Shown piece after piece: positions 1-8,742 of a DNA stretch of 20,000 nt. Positions within the stretch are counted from its first letter, which is position 1; each line of letters opens with the position of its first letter. The notes below the pieces were generated by a model. The model was not told where the DNA came from. It did no database searches and saw only the letters and a list, made by a program, of their open reading frames with translations. The position numbers and the translations under genes were made by a program. The DNA is from an uncultured virus (IMG/VR IMGVR_UViG_3300050505_000328) (Duplodnaviria; Heunggongvirae; Uroviricota; Caudoviricetes), in the IMG/VR virus record IMGVR_UViG_3300050505_000328. One strand, 5' to 3'.

Positions 1-138
1 GATCGACCGGTCAACAAGATCGGCTCGACCGCGCGTGAGTACGGGCGCGGCGACATCGACTCGGCACTGCACCGCGGCCCGTTCGACACGGGCAAGCAGA
101 TCATTCGCAAGCTGCACGGCTTGCCTCCCGGGGAGTGA
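1..138 (+). CDS. 3' end of a hypothetical protein (partial)
   Basis: Frame 1 is open from the window edge (DRPVNKIGSTAREYGRG...LPPGE) to TGA 136-138. Its last codons supply GGGGAG before the next ATG. Confidence 0.65.
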   Translation, partial: DRPVNKIGSTAREYGRGDIDSALHRGPFDTGKQIIRKLHGLPPGE

Positions 139-141
139 ACG

Positions 142-531
142 ATGAAAAAGTACATCCGCGTCCGCTACCAGGTCCTCTCGCTCGACGTGTGGGGCAACGC
201 CAAGGACGGGTTCGAGATCAACGCGATCTATCGGACCCGTGACGAGGTCGAGTGCACGGCCGTGCTCAAGCGTTACAACGAGGGCCGGCCCGGGGAATTC
301 TACCAGTACGAGCCCGAAGACAAGTACATGGTGCGCGCGCTCAAGCAGGCCGACCTGCTTCGCAAGGGCACGCACGTGACGAGCCTGGCGATCGACGGTG
401 AGAACGACGCGACGCTCTACATCGAGGACGCGCGCACCGGCGAGCCGCTCTGGCACCTGGAGTGCCTCGAGCCGGAAAAGGTCGCGAGCGTGGAAGTGAC
501 GCCTTACCCCGTGAAGGAGACTGGCACGTGA
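142..531 (+). CDS. Phage hypothetical protein (DVWGN..DGFE.N motif)
   Basis: ATG after GGGGAG; GC3-rich codons; stop overlaps the next GTG (GTGA). Confidence 0.8.
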   Translation: MKKYIRVRYQVLSLDVWGNAKDGFEINAIYRTRDEVECTAVLKRYNEGRPGEFYQYEPEDKYMVRALKQADLLRKGTHVTSLAIDGENDATLYIEDARTGEPLWHLECLEPEKVASVEVTPYPVKETGT

Positions 532-809
532 GACACTACGAATCTTTCCTGAAGTTCTGCGAGCGCGTGGGTTCCTCCGACGTGAAGCAGGACACCTTCG
601 ACTCGGTCTTTGACGAGCTGACCGACCGCAAGCCGGTCGGCGAGGGGTTCGACTCGGCTGACGCGGTCGACCTGCTCGTGGACTGGTACAAGTCCGCCGC
701 GCGCTACGAAAAGCGCCCGCTCAATATCATCGAGAGCTTCAAGCGCCCGCGCGTGTGGGCGATGTTTCTCGCGTGGGAGCACGCGCGCAAAGCAAGGAAA
801 CGAGCATGA
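528..809 (+). CDS. Hypothetical protein
   Basis: GTG 528 in a GTGA overlap with AAGGAG upstream; trimmed from ORF 462..809. Confidence 0.75.
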   Translation: MRHYESFLKFCERVGSSDVKQDTFDSVFDELTDRKPVGEGFDSADAVDLLVDWYKSAARYEKRPLNIIESFKRPRVWAMFLAWEHARKARKRA

Positions 810-1000
810 AAAACCAAAGACGCAACGACGACGAACGGCGCCTGTGGGTCCTGAACGACGAGGGCCTCTACAACATGCAGCGTGGCTCGCGCCAGTCCGT
901 GCGCGCGTTCGTGCGCGAGAACCGCGCCATGATCGACGAGCACATTGACGCCGCCCTGGCGCCTCCCAAGCCCAAGGCTTGGTGGGAGTACCGAGCATGA
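806..1000 (+). CDS. Small phage hypothetical protein (WVLNDEGLY motif)
   Basis: ATGA overlap at 806 with AAGGA upstream; trimmed from ORF 755..1000. Confidence 0.75.
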   Translation: MKNQRRNDDERRLWVLNDEGLYNMQRGSRQSVRAFVRENRAMIDEHIDAALAPPKPKAWWEYRA

Positions 1001-1200
1001 CCGATTACCACCGCTGGCAGATCGTCAACACGTGGAACGGCGGGGCCGGGGGCCGCGTGCGCGTGTTCCTCTCGGAGCGCGGCGGCGACGCTGGGCACAA
1101 CGAGTGCTTCGAATGGGTGCTGCGCAACACGCCCTTCTCTTTCGAGGAAGCGACGACGCGCCAAGGCTACAAGATCGAACCGTACAAGGAGAGCCCGTGA
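997..1200 (+). CDS. Hypothetical protein
   Basis: ATGA overlap at 997 with GGGAG upstream. Confidence 0.7.
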   Translation: MTDYHRWQIVNTWNGGAGGRVRVFLSERGGDAGHNECFEWVLRNTPFSFEEATTRQGYKIEPYKESP

Positions 1201-1370
1201 CCCCGACCCTGATCAACCCGACTCTCATCAGCTACCACACGCCGCGCGACCGCGCGCGTGCGCGTCTCAAGCGGAGAGCGAGCGCGCTCGTGACCCCGTT
1301 CTTCGCCGTCTCGTGGTTCCTGATCGGCGGCCTCGCGTCGCTGCACTTCTGCTCGTGGGTGGCGCTGTGA
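1197..1370 (+). CDS. Small membrane protein (one C-terminal TM helix)
   Basis: GTGA overlap with AAGGAG upstream. A basic stretch is followed by hydrophobic LVTPFFAVSWFLIGGLASLHFCSWVAL. Confidence 0.6.
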   Translation: MTPTLINPTLISYHTPRDRARARLKRRASALVTPFFAVSWFLIGGLASLHFCSWVAL

Positions 1371-1789
1371 ACTCGTGGGTCAAGGCTGAGTACCGGCGAC
1401 TCCGCGCCAAGGACTGGCCCGCGCACGAGGCTCTCCGCGCGGCGCGCGTCAAGGACGCATGGGACGACGCCGAGGCCGAGGGCTTGGTGCGCGCCGTCTG
1501 CGAGCCCGAGATTGACTACTACGACGACTCGTACGTCGACACGTGGGACGTCTCGGACGCGCGCAAGGCGCGAGCCAAGGCGGACATCGCCGCGCGCATC
1601 GAGCGCGACGGCCACTGGATGTACGCGACGGAGTACCTCGACCCGGTCGACGGCTGGACCGTGGCCGACGCTTGCGGCGGGTTCGTCGGAGAGGACTTCG
1701 AAGACTCCGGCTACGATACGGACATGAGAGAGGCCGCGCTGAAGGCGCTCGCCGAAGTCGACCCGAAACTCTGCCAAGGGTGGTGCTGA
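1367..1789 (+). CDS. Acidic hypothetical protein
   Basis: GTGA overlap at 1367; D/E-rich; coding-like codon usage. Confidence 0.75.
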   Translation: MNSWVKAEYRRLRAKDWPAHEALRAARVKDAWDDAEAEGLVRAVCEPEIDYYDDSYVDTWDVSDARKARAKADIAARIERDGHWMYATEYLDPVDGWTVADACGGFVGEDFEDSGYDTDMREAALKALAEVDPKLCQGWC

Positions 1790-1790
1790 C

Positions 1791-2309
1791 ATGGCCGAAA
1801 AAGACTCCTGCGAATTCGTCAACGGCATGGCCGAGTGTTTCTGGGCCAGCGCCTGGGCGGACCACTGCGAGGAGAAAGGCTGCACGAACCTGAGCGGCTG
1901 CGAGATCACGGAGTGCATGCCCGAGGTCCCCGAGCTGGCCTACCGACTCGCCCACCGCGTCGCGGGGCGCATCGAGGTCCGCGCCAAGCACGGGCTCGCG
2001 TCCCTGTTCGCGCTGGCGTGGAAGGCGGACGGCCTCGACCCGGAAGGCGTGGAGTACCGCGGCGAGCTCGCCAACCGGTTCGGCTGGTGCCTCGCTTACA
2101 AGGCGATGGGCGCGGGCGTGTCGTGGTTCGACGATCACGAGTCGTTCCCGGAGCTCGCCGACGCCGACCTGTTCGGCTGCGAGGGGTGCGGGGAAGTCCA
2201 ACTGGACCTCCAGTGCTACGCCGACGACACGTGCGAGGAAGAGCACGACGACGGGATGAGTGACGAAGAAGAACGCGCGCATGAGCGCAAGCAGATGGGG
2301 ATCACATGA
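1791..2309 (+). CDS. Acidic, Cys-rich hypothetical protein
   Basis: ATG 1 nt after the previous stop; very acidic C-terminus (DDTCEEEHDDGMSDEEE). Confidence 0.8.
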   Translation: MAEKDSCEFVNGMAECFWASAWADHCEEKGCTNLSGCEITECMPEVPELAYRLAHRVAGRIEVRAKHGLASLFALAWKADGLDPEGVEYRGELANRFGWCLAYKAMGAGVSWFDDHESFPELADADLFGCEGCGEVQLDLQCYADDTCEEEHDDGMSDEEERAHERKQMGIT

Positions 2310-2836
2310 CCAACAACATCGCCGAAGCCGACACCGAACCCCCGCCCGTCGTGCAGATGGTCGACCTCTGCAAGGAGCGCGACGTGGGCATCGTGACCGT
2401 GTGCGAGGGCCTGCAACCGCCGGGCGAGTGGGGATTCCAACACTTCCTCTGGCGCGTGACCCTGCTCTACAAGGGCCGCTCGTTGAAGACTGACTTCAAG
2501 TGCGGCGTCGCCCACGTGTACCCGCCAAAGAGCCCGCGCGGCGGTCACAAGCCCGACTGCACGAGCGACCACGTCTTCATGGGACGCGAGAACGGTACGA
2601 GACTCTGCGGACCCGGAAAACCCAAGCCGCCCGACGCGGCTGACGTGCTCTCGTGCCTGTGCTCGGACGCGACCAGTGCCGACCGCGTCACGTTCGAGGA
2701 CTGGTGCTCGGACCTCGGCTACGACACGGACAGTCGCAAGGCCGAGAAGATCTATCTCGCGTGCGTCGAGACGAACGCGAAGCTACACGCCTTCCTCGGC
2801 GAGGACTTCGACCTGTTCGCCGGAGCGGAGCACTGA
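2306..2836 (+). CDS. Phage hypothetical protein (FEDWCxxxGYDxDSRKA motif)
   Basis: ATGA overlap. The C-terminal motif resembles one I recall from uncharacterised phage early proteins. Confidence 0.8.
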   Translation: MTNNIAEADTEPPPVVQMVDLCKERDVGIVTVCEGLQPPGEWGFQHFLWRVTLLYKGRSLKTDFKCGVAHVYPPKSPRGGHKPDCTSDHVFMGRENGTRLCGPGKPKPPDAADVLSCLCSDATSADRVTFEDWCSDLGYDTDSRKAEKIYLACVETNAKLHAFLGEDFDLFAGAEH

Positions 2837-2872
2837 CAATCAGACAAGAACCCCAAACACAGGAGAACGGGG

Positions 2873-3331
2873 ATGAACAAGAGACAAGAACTGGAAGCGA
2901 GACTGAAGAAGGCCGATCGTGACCTGGCGGAAGCCGTCATGGTCGTCGCGCGCTGCGCCCAAGAGGTGAGCGACTGCGCCGACAACAAGCGACTCTGCGA
3001 CGCCTTCGCCGTCAACCCCGAGGAGATGGTCGAGCTCCGGAACGCCCTCACGCACTGGCAGGCGTGCACGCAGAAGTTCCTGAAAGTGGTCGACGAGGTC
3101 GGCGAGTTCAACCGCACAGCGCTCGGCACGGCCGTGCACGAGGTCGTGCTCGGTCGGCTCGAACCTCTGCCACTTACCGACAACCTGCACCTCCAAGCAG
3201 CGCGGCGCGCCTGGGCTGCAAACAACGCCGAGGCTGCCCATCACGATTACGGCGAAGTCTTCAACGACACGCTGCTGTCCTTCGACCGGGACCTCGTCGC
3301 GTTCGCCAAGAGCTACGGAGAGAACAAGTGA
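2873..3331 (+). CDS. Helical hypothetical protein
   Basis: AGGAG RBS upstream of the ATG; GTGA overlap with the helicase gene. Confidence 0.8.
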   Translation: MNKRQELEARLKKADRDLAEAVMVVARCAQEVSDCADNKRLCDAFAVNPEEMVELRNALTHWQACTQKFLKVVDEVGEFNRTALGTAVHEVVLGRLEPLPLTDNLHLQAARRAWAANNAEAAHHDYGEVFNDTLLSFDRDLVAFAKSYGENK

Positions 3332-4794
3332 CCCGAGTCTGGAGCGCCTACCAGCAGGCCGTCTTCGACGACGCCCGGAGCGGCGAGGGCCACACCGTGG
3401 TCGAGGCCGTACCCGGGAGCGGGAAGACGACCACGGGCACCGAGATGCTGCGCCACATCCCGAGCGGGCTGTCCGTGTGGATGGGCGCGTTCAACAAGGA
3501 GATCGCCGACGCCCTGCTCGGCCGCGTGCCCCCCGGCACCCGCACCAGCACGTTCCACAGCTTCGCGTTCGGCGCGACGACGCGCGCGCTCGGGCGCGTG
3601 AAGGTCGACCGCGACCGCATGTACCACGTGCTCGACGCCTACTTCGAATCGCGCGGGCTCGAGGTCTCGGGCGAGTGGGCGGGCGCGCTCTGCAAGGCCG
3701 TGAGCCTGGCCAAGGGCACGCTCGCGTGGACCGAGACGGACGTCGACCTCCTGCTCGACACCTACGGCATCGCGGTGCCGTACAAGACCAAGGAGGAGGA
3801 CACGAAACAACTCGAGCGCCAGCACTTCTGCGAGCAGGCGGCGAAACTTCTCCAGCTCGCCAAGGAGGTGAAGGGCGAGGTCGACTTCGACGACATGATC
3901 TGGTTGCCGGTCGCGCTCGACCTGCCGCTGCCGCGCTTCGACCGCGTCGTGGTCGACGAGACTCAGGACCTGAACCCCTGCCAGCTCGCGGTCATGGAGC
4001 GCGCGATCAAGCCGGGCGGGCGCATCACGGCCATCGGTGATCGCCGGCAGAGCATCTACGCCTTCCGCGGCGCGGACGCGCGGGCGATCGACAACATCAT
4101 CGAGAGGTTCAACGCGAAGGTCCTGCCGCTTTCGATCAGCTACCGCTGCCCGCGGCTCGTGGTCGAGCTCGCGAAGACGCTCGTCCCCCAGATCGAAGCC
4201 GCGCCGGGTGCACAGGACGGCGTCGTCGAGGACCGCGAGCCCGAGGAGATGTGGGACGAGCTCCGCTCGGGCGACTTCGTGATCAGCCGCGTGAACGCGC
4301 CGCTCGTGAGCCTGTGCTGGCGCCTGCTCTCCGCGGGCCGGCCCGCCCACATCCAGGGCCGGGACATCGGCACGAAGCTCGCGAGCTTCGTAGAGAAGAG
4401 CGACTGCAAGACCGTCGAGGAGTTCCGCGCGTACGTGGACAAGTGGCACGCGCACGAGTGCCGCCGGCTCACGAGCAAGAAACCTCCGCGCCCGACGGAC
4501 AACGTCGACGACCAGGCCGAGTGCCTGCTCGCGCTGAGCGAGGGCGTGAGAACGATCCGCGACCTGCTCGGCAAGATCGACAAGCTCTTCTCGGACCGCA
4601 AGGGCGAGCCGAAGATCATCCTGACGAGCACGCACAAGGCGAAGGGACTCGAGGCCGACCGCGTGTGGATGCTCGAGGACACGTACATGAAGCGCGACGG
4701 CGTCGAGGAGATCAACCTCAAGTACGTCGCGATTACAAGGAGCAAGCGCGAGCTGTACCTCGTGAATGGGTTCAACAAGTGGAGGCGGTCATGA
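3328..4794 (+). CDS. Superfamily 1 (UvrD/Rep-like) DNA helicase
   Basis: GTG start in a GTGA overlap after GGAG. Motifs: Q motif (YQQAVF), Walker A AVPGSGKTT, Walker B VVDETQD, motif III GDRRQSIYAFRGA, IV SYRCP, V STHKAKGLE, VI YVAITRSK. Confidence 0.93.
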   Translation: MTRVWSAYQQAVFDDARSGEGHTVVEAVPGSGKTTTGTEMLRHIPSGLSVWMGAFNKEIADALLGRVPPGTRTSTFHSFAFGATTRALGRVKVDRDRMYHVLDAYFESRGLEVSGEWAGALCKAVSLAKGTLAWTETDVDLLLDTYGIAVPYKTKEEDTKQLERQHFCEQAAKLLQLAKEVKGEVDFDDMIWLPVALDLPLPRFDRVVVDETQDLNPCQLAVMERAIKPGGRITAIGDRRQSIYAFRGADARAIDNIIERFNAKVLPLSISYRCPRLVVELAKTLVPQIEAAPGAQDGVVEDREPEEMWDELRSGDFVISRVNAPLVSLCWRLLSAGRPAHIQGRDIGTKLASFVEKSDCKTVEEFRAYVDKWHAHECRRLTSKKPPRPTDNVDDQAECLLALSEGVRTIRDLLGKIDKLFSDRKGEPKIILTSTHKAKGLEADRVWMLEDTYMKRDGVEEINLKYVAITRSKRELYLVNGFNKWRRS

Positions 4795-5156
4795 CCCCGA
4801 CGAAGGAAGAGTACACGGCCGAGCGCTGGCGCTGCGCGAACTGCAAGAAGACGCACGGCAAGGAAGTCCAGGCGATCAACTGTTGCATGTGCGCGTCCTG
4901 CGACAAGCGCCAGGCGACGCGCCGCACGAACCACTGGTCGAGCGGCAACGACATCTGCGACGCTTGCTTCCTCCGCGCCGAGCGCGAGAAGGCTCGCAAA
5001 GTGATGAAGGCGGCCCACGAACACGTAGCCGAAAAACGTCGGCAACTGGAAGCGTCTGAAGCGGACCTGCGAATCAAGACGCAACTGTTCGAGATCGCCG
5101 CCGCTGCCTGCAAGCCCAAGAAGAAAGAGACCGAGGAGCAACCATGCCCGAAGTGA
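4791..5156 (+). CDS. Cys-rich (zinc-finger) protein with C-terminal coiled coil
   Basis: ATGA overlap after GGAGG. CxxC pairs CANC, CASC, CDAC. Confidence 0.75.
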   Translation: MTPTKEEYTAERWRCANCKKTHGKEVQAINCCMCASCDKRQATRRTNHWSSGNDICDACFLRAEREKARKVMKAAHEHVAEKRRQLEASEADLRIKTQLFEIAAAACKPKKKETEEQPCPK

Positions 5157-5956
5157 TCACGACCCACGAAGAGAAGAGAGGCTGCGGCTACCGCAAGCCG
5201 TCGAAGTCCGGCGTCGGCATCTACCTGGTCGGGCCCGCGTTCGACGCGCCGTGCGGGCGCATGCCCTTCAGGCTGGAGCGCTGCCCGACCTGCAACGAAG
5301 GCATCAAGCCATCGCGCGGATGGAACTGGATCACGCCGAGCAAGCTGTTCGGGCCCGAGGCGGAGCACCCGCTCTCGTACGCGCTCCAGGAGTGCAAGCT
5401 CAACGCATCCTTCACTCACCGATTGCCAGTGGCACCGAACACGGTCAGCGTAGCTGTGAGCCCGACGTGCCAGAGCTGCCCGCTCGGCGGCGCTATCCCC
5501 GAGGGCAAGCACGGTCTCATCTGGATCGGCGAGGGTCACTACCCGACGCCCGAGGACTTCCTCGCCGAGGCGCGGCGCATGGGCCTGTCCAGAAAGATCG
5601 GCGCGCTACCGAAGGGCTTCGAGCTCGGGAAGACGGTCGTGTACCTCGCGCACCGGAAGGCGATCAAGGTCCGGCCAGTTCTGGATCTCGCGTCGACACC
5701 AGCACCTGACAACGAAGACGGACCGTGCATCATGTCGCAAGTCTCAAAAACTTTAGACGAACCGTCGTTCCTCCCCGGCATCTTCGCCACGTTCAAGCCC
5801 ACGGGCGTGGACCTGGTGATCGCCGACGCGGAGGCCGTGCCCGAGCGCGCGACGAAGCTGGCCGAGCAGGTCGGCGACGGCGCGCGCATCGTCAAGGTGA
5901 TCCCGAAGGGCGAGCAGGTGAGCCTACCGATCGTGCAGGACGAGGCGAGCCCGTGA
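5144..5956 (+). CDS. Cys-rich phage hypothetical protein
   Basis: GAGGAG RBS. Motifs RGCGYRK, CPTC, CQSC and WIGxxHYPTPxDFxxEAxxMGLSRKI. Confidence 0.85.
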   Translation: MPEVITTHEEKRGCGYRKPSKSGVGIYLVGPAFDAPCGRMPFRLERCPTCNEGIKPSRGWNWITPSKLFGPEAEHPLSYALQECKLNASFTHRLPVAPNTVSVAVSPTCQSCPLGGAIPEGKHGLIWIGEGHYPTPEDFLAEARRMGLSRKIGALPKGFELGKTVVYLAHRKAIKVRPVLDLASTPAPDNEDGPCIMSQVSKTLDEPSFLPGIFATFKPTGVDLVIADAEAVPERATKLAEQVGDGARIVKVIPKGEQVSLPIVQDEASP

Positions 5957-6051
5957 ACGAGCACAAGCTCCTCGGCCTCCTGCGCGAGGCCAAGTAACCG
6001 CGAGCTGGTCTACGACCTCGAGTTAGAATTCCCGCACCTCGTGAGGAAGCA

Positions 6052-6438
6052 ATGCCGAACATCTGCAACACCCCCGGATGGCCCGTCGAGCTCGACGAGC
6101 TCAAGAGGCAGTCACCGAAAGCCGGCCGTCTCCGGCGTCCATTCCGCCCCGGGGACGGGGCCCACTACTACTTCAACGGCGACAGCTACCCGGTCACGGT
6201 CCGGCGAGTGAGCAGGACCGGTCACCAGGTCTGGGTGACGCACGACGTGACCAAGGCCCCGAACCTGTTCGTTCCGCTGAGTGCGAAGGAGGTCGCGCGA
6301 CTCTTCGCCGACCCCGACGGCTACGAGGCGCGGCGCAAGCTCCGCAAGTTCACGCGGCGCAAGGACGGGCGCTATTTCAACCGCGGCACGTGGGTGCTCG
6401 GCCACGGGCGTGAGCACCAGTGGAGCAGGGAGTTCTAG
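6052..6438 (+). CDS. Basic hypothetical protein
   Basis: GAGGA upstream of the ATG; stop abuts the next ATG. Confidence 0.75.
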   Translation: MPNICNTPGWPVELDELKRQSPKAGRLRRPFRPGDGAHYYFNGDSYPVTVRRVSRTGHQVWVTHDVTKAPNLFVPLSAKEVARLFADPDGYEARRKLRKFTRRKDGRYFNRGTWVLGHGREHQWSREF

Positions 6439-7008
6439 ATGAAGATCAAGATCGTCAACAAGACCGACTGGCACACCGCGGACCTGAAGAGAATCGCACA
6501 CGCCGCGATGGTCGCGGCCGGCGCGCGGCCGTTCAAGTTCCGCGAGGTCACCGTGTACGTGAACGACAGCCGACGTAGGGGCGGGCGCGTCCACGGCCGG
6601 GCGTGGATCGGCAAGCACATCGACCCCCAGAACTGGGTCCTGTTCCTCCCGACGCCCGAGCGCGCGACCGGGTACGACCCGGGCGAGCTCCTGCGCGTCG
6701 CCTGCCAGGTCGCGCACCACGAGGCGCTGCACGCCGTCGGGGCCCGGCACGCGGACATGACCGAGGAGCAGCGCTACTGCACCCAGGCCGTGCCGTGGGC
6801 CGACGCGCTCGTGCTCCGCACGAAAGCGGAGGTGAGACCGCCGAAGCCCGAGCCCGCGCCCGAGGAGGCCCGCCAGGCGGCGTTCGAGGACCGCCTCGCG
6901 CACGTGGGCGAGATGCACAAGCGCGCGTTGACGCGGCTCAAGCGAGCGGCGACCTTCGAGAAGAAGTGGCGCCGCAGACTGAAGGCGCTCGAGAGGAAAG
7001 TACAATGA
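6439..7008 (+). CDS. HExxH-motif (zincin-like) protein
   Basis: AHHEALHAVGARH matches HExxHxxGxxH; basic helical C-terminus; AGGGAG RBS. Confidence 0.7.
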   Translation: MKIKIVNKTDWHTADLKRIAHAAMVAAGARPFKFREVTVYVNDSRRRGGRVHGRAWIGKHIDPQNWVLFLPTPERATGYDPGELLRVACQVAHHEALHAVGARHADMTEEQRYCTQAVPWADALVLRTKAEVRPPKPEPAPEEARQAAFEDRLAHVGEMHKRALTRLKRAATFEKKWRRRLKALERKVQ

Positions 7009-7505
7009 CGACTCGATACGACTGCGACCACCGGACCCTGCACTGGAACTCGAGGAAGAACTCGGGGTCGTTCTACCCCGACGGGCCGCTGCAGCTGCAC
7101 GGCGACCGCGCCGCGCTCCAGTCGAACCCCGAGCACTGGACCACGCGCGACACCTACGCCGCGCGCATCATCGTGGGCTTCGAGCGGAAGGGGAAGAGGC
7201 CAGCGACGCTGAACCAGCTCGTCAGGATCGTTCGGCGCGTACGCAAGGAACAGGTCGGCGACCAGGGCGCGACTTTCCTCTCGCAGCGCGGCATCTACCA
7301 GCGCACGAAGAAGCAGGTGATCGACGAGCCCGGTGCGCAGGTGCTCATCATCAACACGCCGGGCATGAAGACGTCGCCGAAGAAGTTCGCGGCGCAGATG
7401 CTCGCGCTGGCGGAGGTGATCGCCACCGAGCTCGGCCAGGACGAGGTGATCCTCGAGATGCAGAAGAACGGGATCACGCAGCAGACGTCCGGGGTGGGGC
7501 CGTGA
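7005..7505 (+). CDS. Candidate SAM lyase / DUF3574-like protein
   Basis: ATGA overlap after GAGGA. The pattern GAT...GIY...E...LA...LGQDEVI resembles the G-x-Y/W...E...Q-D/E-x-V-L signature of T3-type SAM lyases and DUF3574. Confidence 0.5.
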   Translation: MTTRYDCDHRTLHWNSRKNSGSFYPDGPLQLHGDRAALQSNPEHWTTRDTYAARIIVGFERKGKRPATLNQLVRIVRRVRKEQVGDQGATFLSQRGIYQRTKKQVIDEPGAQVLIINTPGMKTSPKKFAAQMLALAEVIATELGQDEVILEMQKNGITQQTSGVGP

Positions 7506-7843
7506 CCGGTCTCAGCAAAGCGTTAGAGGACCTCGCGACATCGGAGCAGAAGCAGCGAGCCCAGTTCGTGGCGCTTCGCCGCTGGGTGGCAGCGATCCGC
7601 GAGGCGCTGCTCCACAAGCTCACGGGCAGACAAGCCGGCTTCAGACCGCACGAGCACGAGGTCGAGCGCATCAAGCGCGACCTGAACCAGTGCGAGCGCC
7701 TGCTCGGGATCCCGTACATCGCCGACGACCCCGTGCTGGAGATCTGGTTGAAGGACAAGGAACGAGCCAGCGTGCATTGGCTGGACTTCGAGCCGTCTGA
7801 GCTGGGCGAGCAGTGGAGAAAGAGCAAGGACCTTGGCCGCTAG
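7502..7843 (+). CDS. Hypothetical protein
   Basis: GTGA overlap; fills the gap in the + strand operon. Confidence 0.7.
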   Translation: MTGLSKALEDLATSEQKQRAQFVALRRWVAAIREALLHKLTGRQAGFRPHEHEVERIKRDLNQCERLLGIPYIADDPVLEIWLKDKERASVHWLDFEPSELGEQWRKSKDLGR

Positions 7844-8081
7844 CTCGTACGCGACCGACTACCGCTTCATCAAGCGCATGAACCCCGGACTCGTGGGCCT
7901 CACTAGTTCACACGGACAACAACTCTTCACGCGCGGGAAGCTGCGCAAAGCGAAGTCGTGCGCTCTCTGCAAGTTCCCGCTCAAGCCGGGAACACTCGCG
8001 TACATGCCGGTCACCAACGGCTACAACCGCATGCACCGGCTCTGCGTCGCGTGCGTGCAAGGACTGGAAGATGGCCGCTAA
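7833..8081 (+). CDS. Small zinc-finger protein
   Basis: CALC...CVAC pairs. The start is uncertain (TTG 7833 after AAGGA, or ATG 7878). Confidence 0.65.
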   Translation: MAASSYATDYRFIKRMNPGLVGLTSSHGQQLFTRGKLRKAKSCALCKFPLKPGTLAYMPVTNGYNRMHRLCVACVQGLEDGR

Positions 8082-8742
8082 CATCCGCCACAGCTCGGAG
8101 AACTCCGAGTTCATGACGCCGCAGTGGCTCACGGACTGGAGCCACCACGTGATGGGCGGAATCGACCTCGACCCGGCGTCGTCGATTCAAGCGAACCGGA
8201 CCGTCCGCGCGAAGAGGATCTTCACGAAGGCGGACAACGGTCTCTTCCAGGAGTGGCACGGCAACGTCTTCCTGAACCCGCCCGGCGGGTACGTCGACGA
8301 GACCGGCCGCGAGGTTATCTTCAAGACCAAGACCCGTCGCGGGTGCAAGGAGACCGGCGCGTGCGGGCTGCCGCCGGGGCACAAGCACCGCGGCGTCGAG
8401 TCGAGCGCCGTCTTCTGGTGGCACAAGCTCATGCACGAGTTCGAGGCCGGCCGCACCGCGTGCGCGGTGTTCCTCGGCTTCTCCCTCGAGATCCTGCAGA
8501 GCGCGCAGACGTTCGCTGGCAAGCAGCCGCTCGACTTCCCCGGGTCGATCCCGAAGCAGCGCATCCGGTTCGAGACCGAGGACGAGAACGGCGTGCGCGT
8601 GCCCGGCGAGCAGCCCACGCACGGGAACGTGATCGTGCTGGTGTGTCGTAACCCGTCGGACCACATTCACGGACCTGAAGCTAGGCTCTTCCAAGAAGTG
8701 TTCTCGCAGATCGGCTACGTGCACGTGCCGAGGGGGTACTGA
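8071..8742 (+). CDS. Phage DNA N6-adenine methyltransferase-like protein
   Basis: EFMTP...GGIDLDPAS...FTKADNGLFQEWHGNVFLNPPG is the phage Dam-like layout. The catalytic motif reads NPPG instead of NPPY. Confidence 0.8.
   Translation: MAANIRHSSENSEFMTPQWLTDWSHHVMGGIDLDPASSIQANRTVRAKRIFTKADNGLFQEWHGNVFLNPPGGYVDETGREVIFKTKTRRGCKETGACGLPPGHKHRGVESSAVFWWHKLMHEFEAGRTACAVFLGFSLEILQSAQTFAGKQPLDFPGSIPKQRIRFETEDENGVRVPGEQPTHGNVIVLVCRNPSDHIHGPEARLFQEVFSQIGYVHVPRGY

Noticed and set aside
3064..3327. Longer 576-aa helicase start
   Set aside because: It overlaps the 2873..3331 gene. GTG 3328 has an RBS, a GTGA overlap and sits just before the Q motif.
3328..4794. Helicase as a Cas3/DinG-type partner of the Cas7-like protein (type IV-like system)
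   Set aside because: Its motifs are SF1 UvrD-like, not SF2 DinG/Cas3. It is over 6 kb away, and no Cas5/Cas6/Csf1 is seen.
5953..6051. 14-aa ORF (VNEHKLLGLLREAK) that might continue as SNRELVYDLELEFPHL after a frameshift
   Set aside because: Too short to support. The shifted frame would run deep into the next gene, so I cannot call it a gene or pseudogene.
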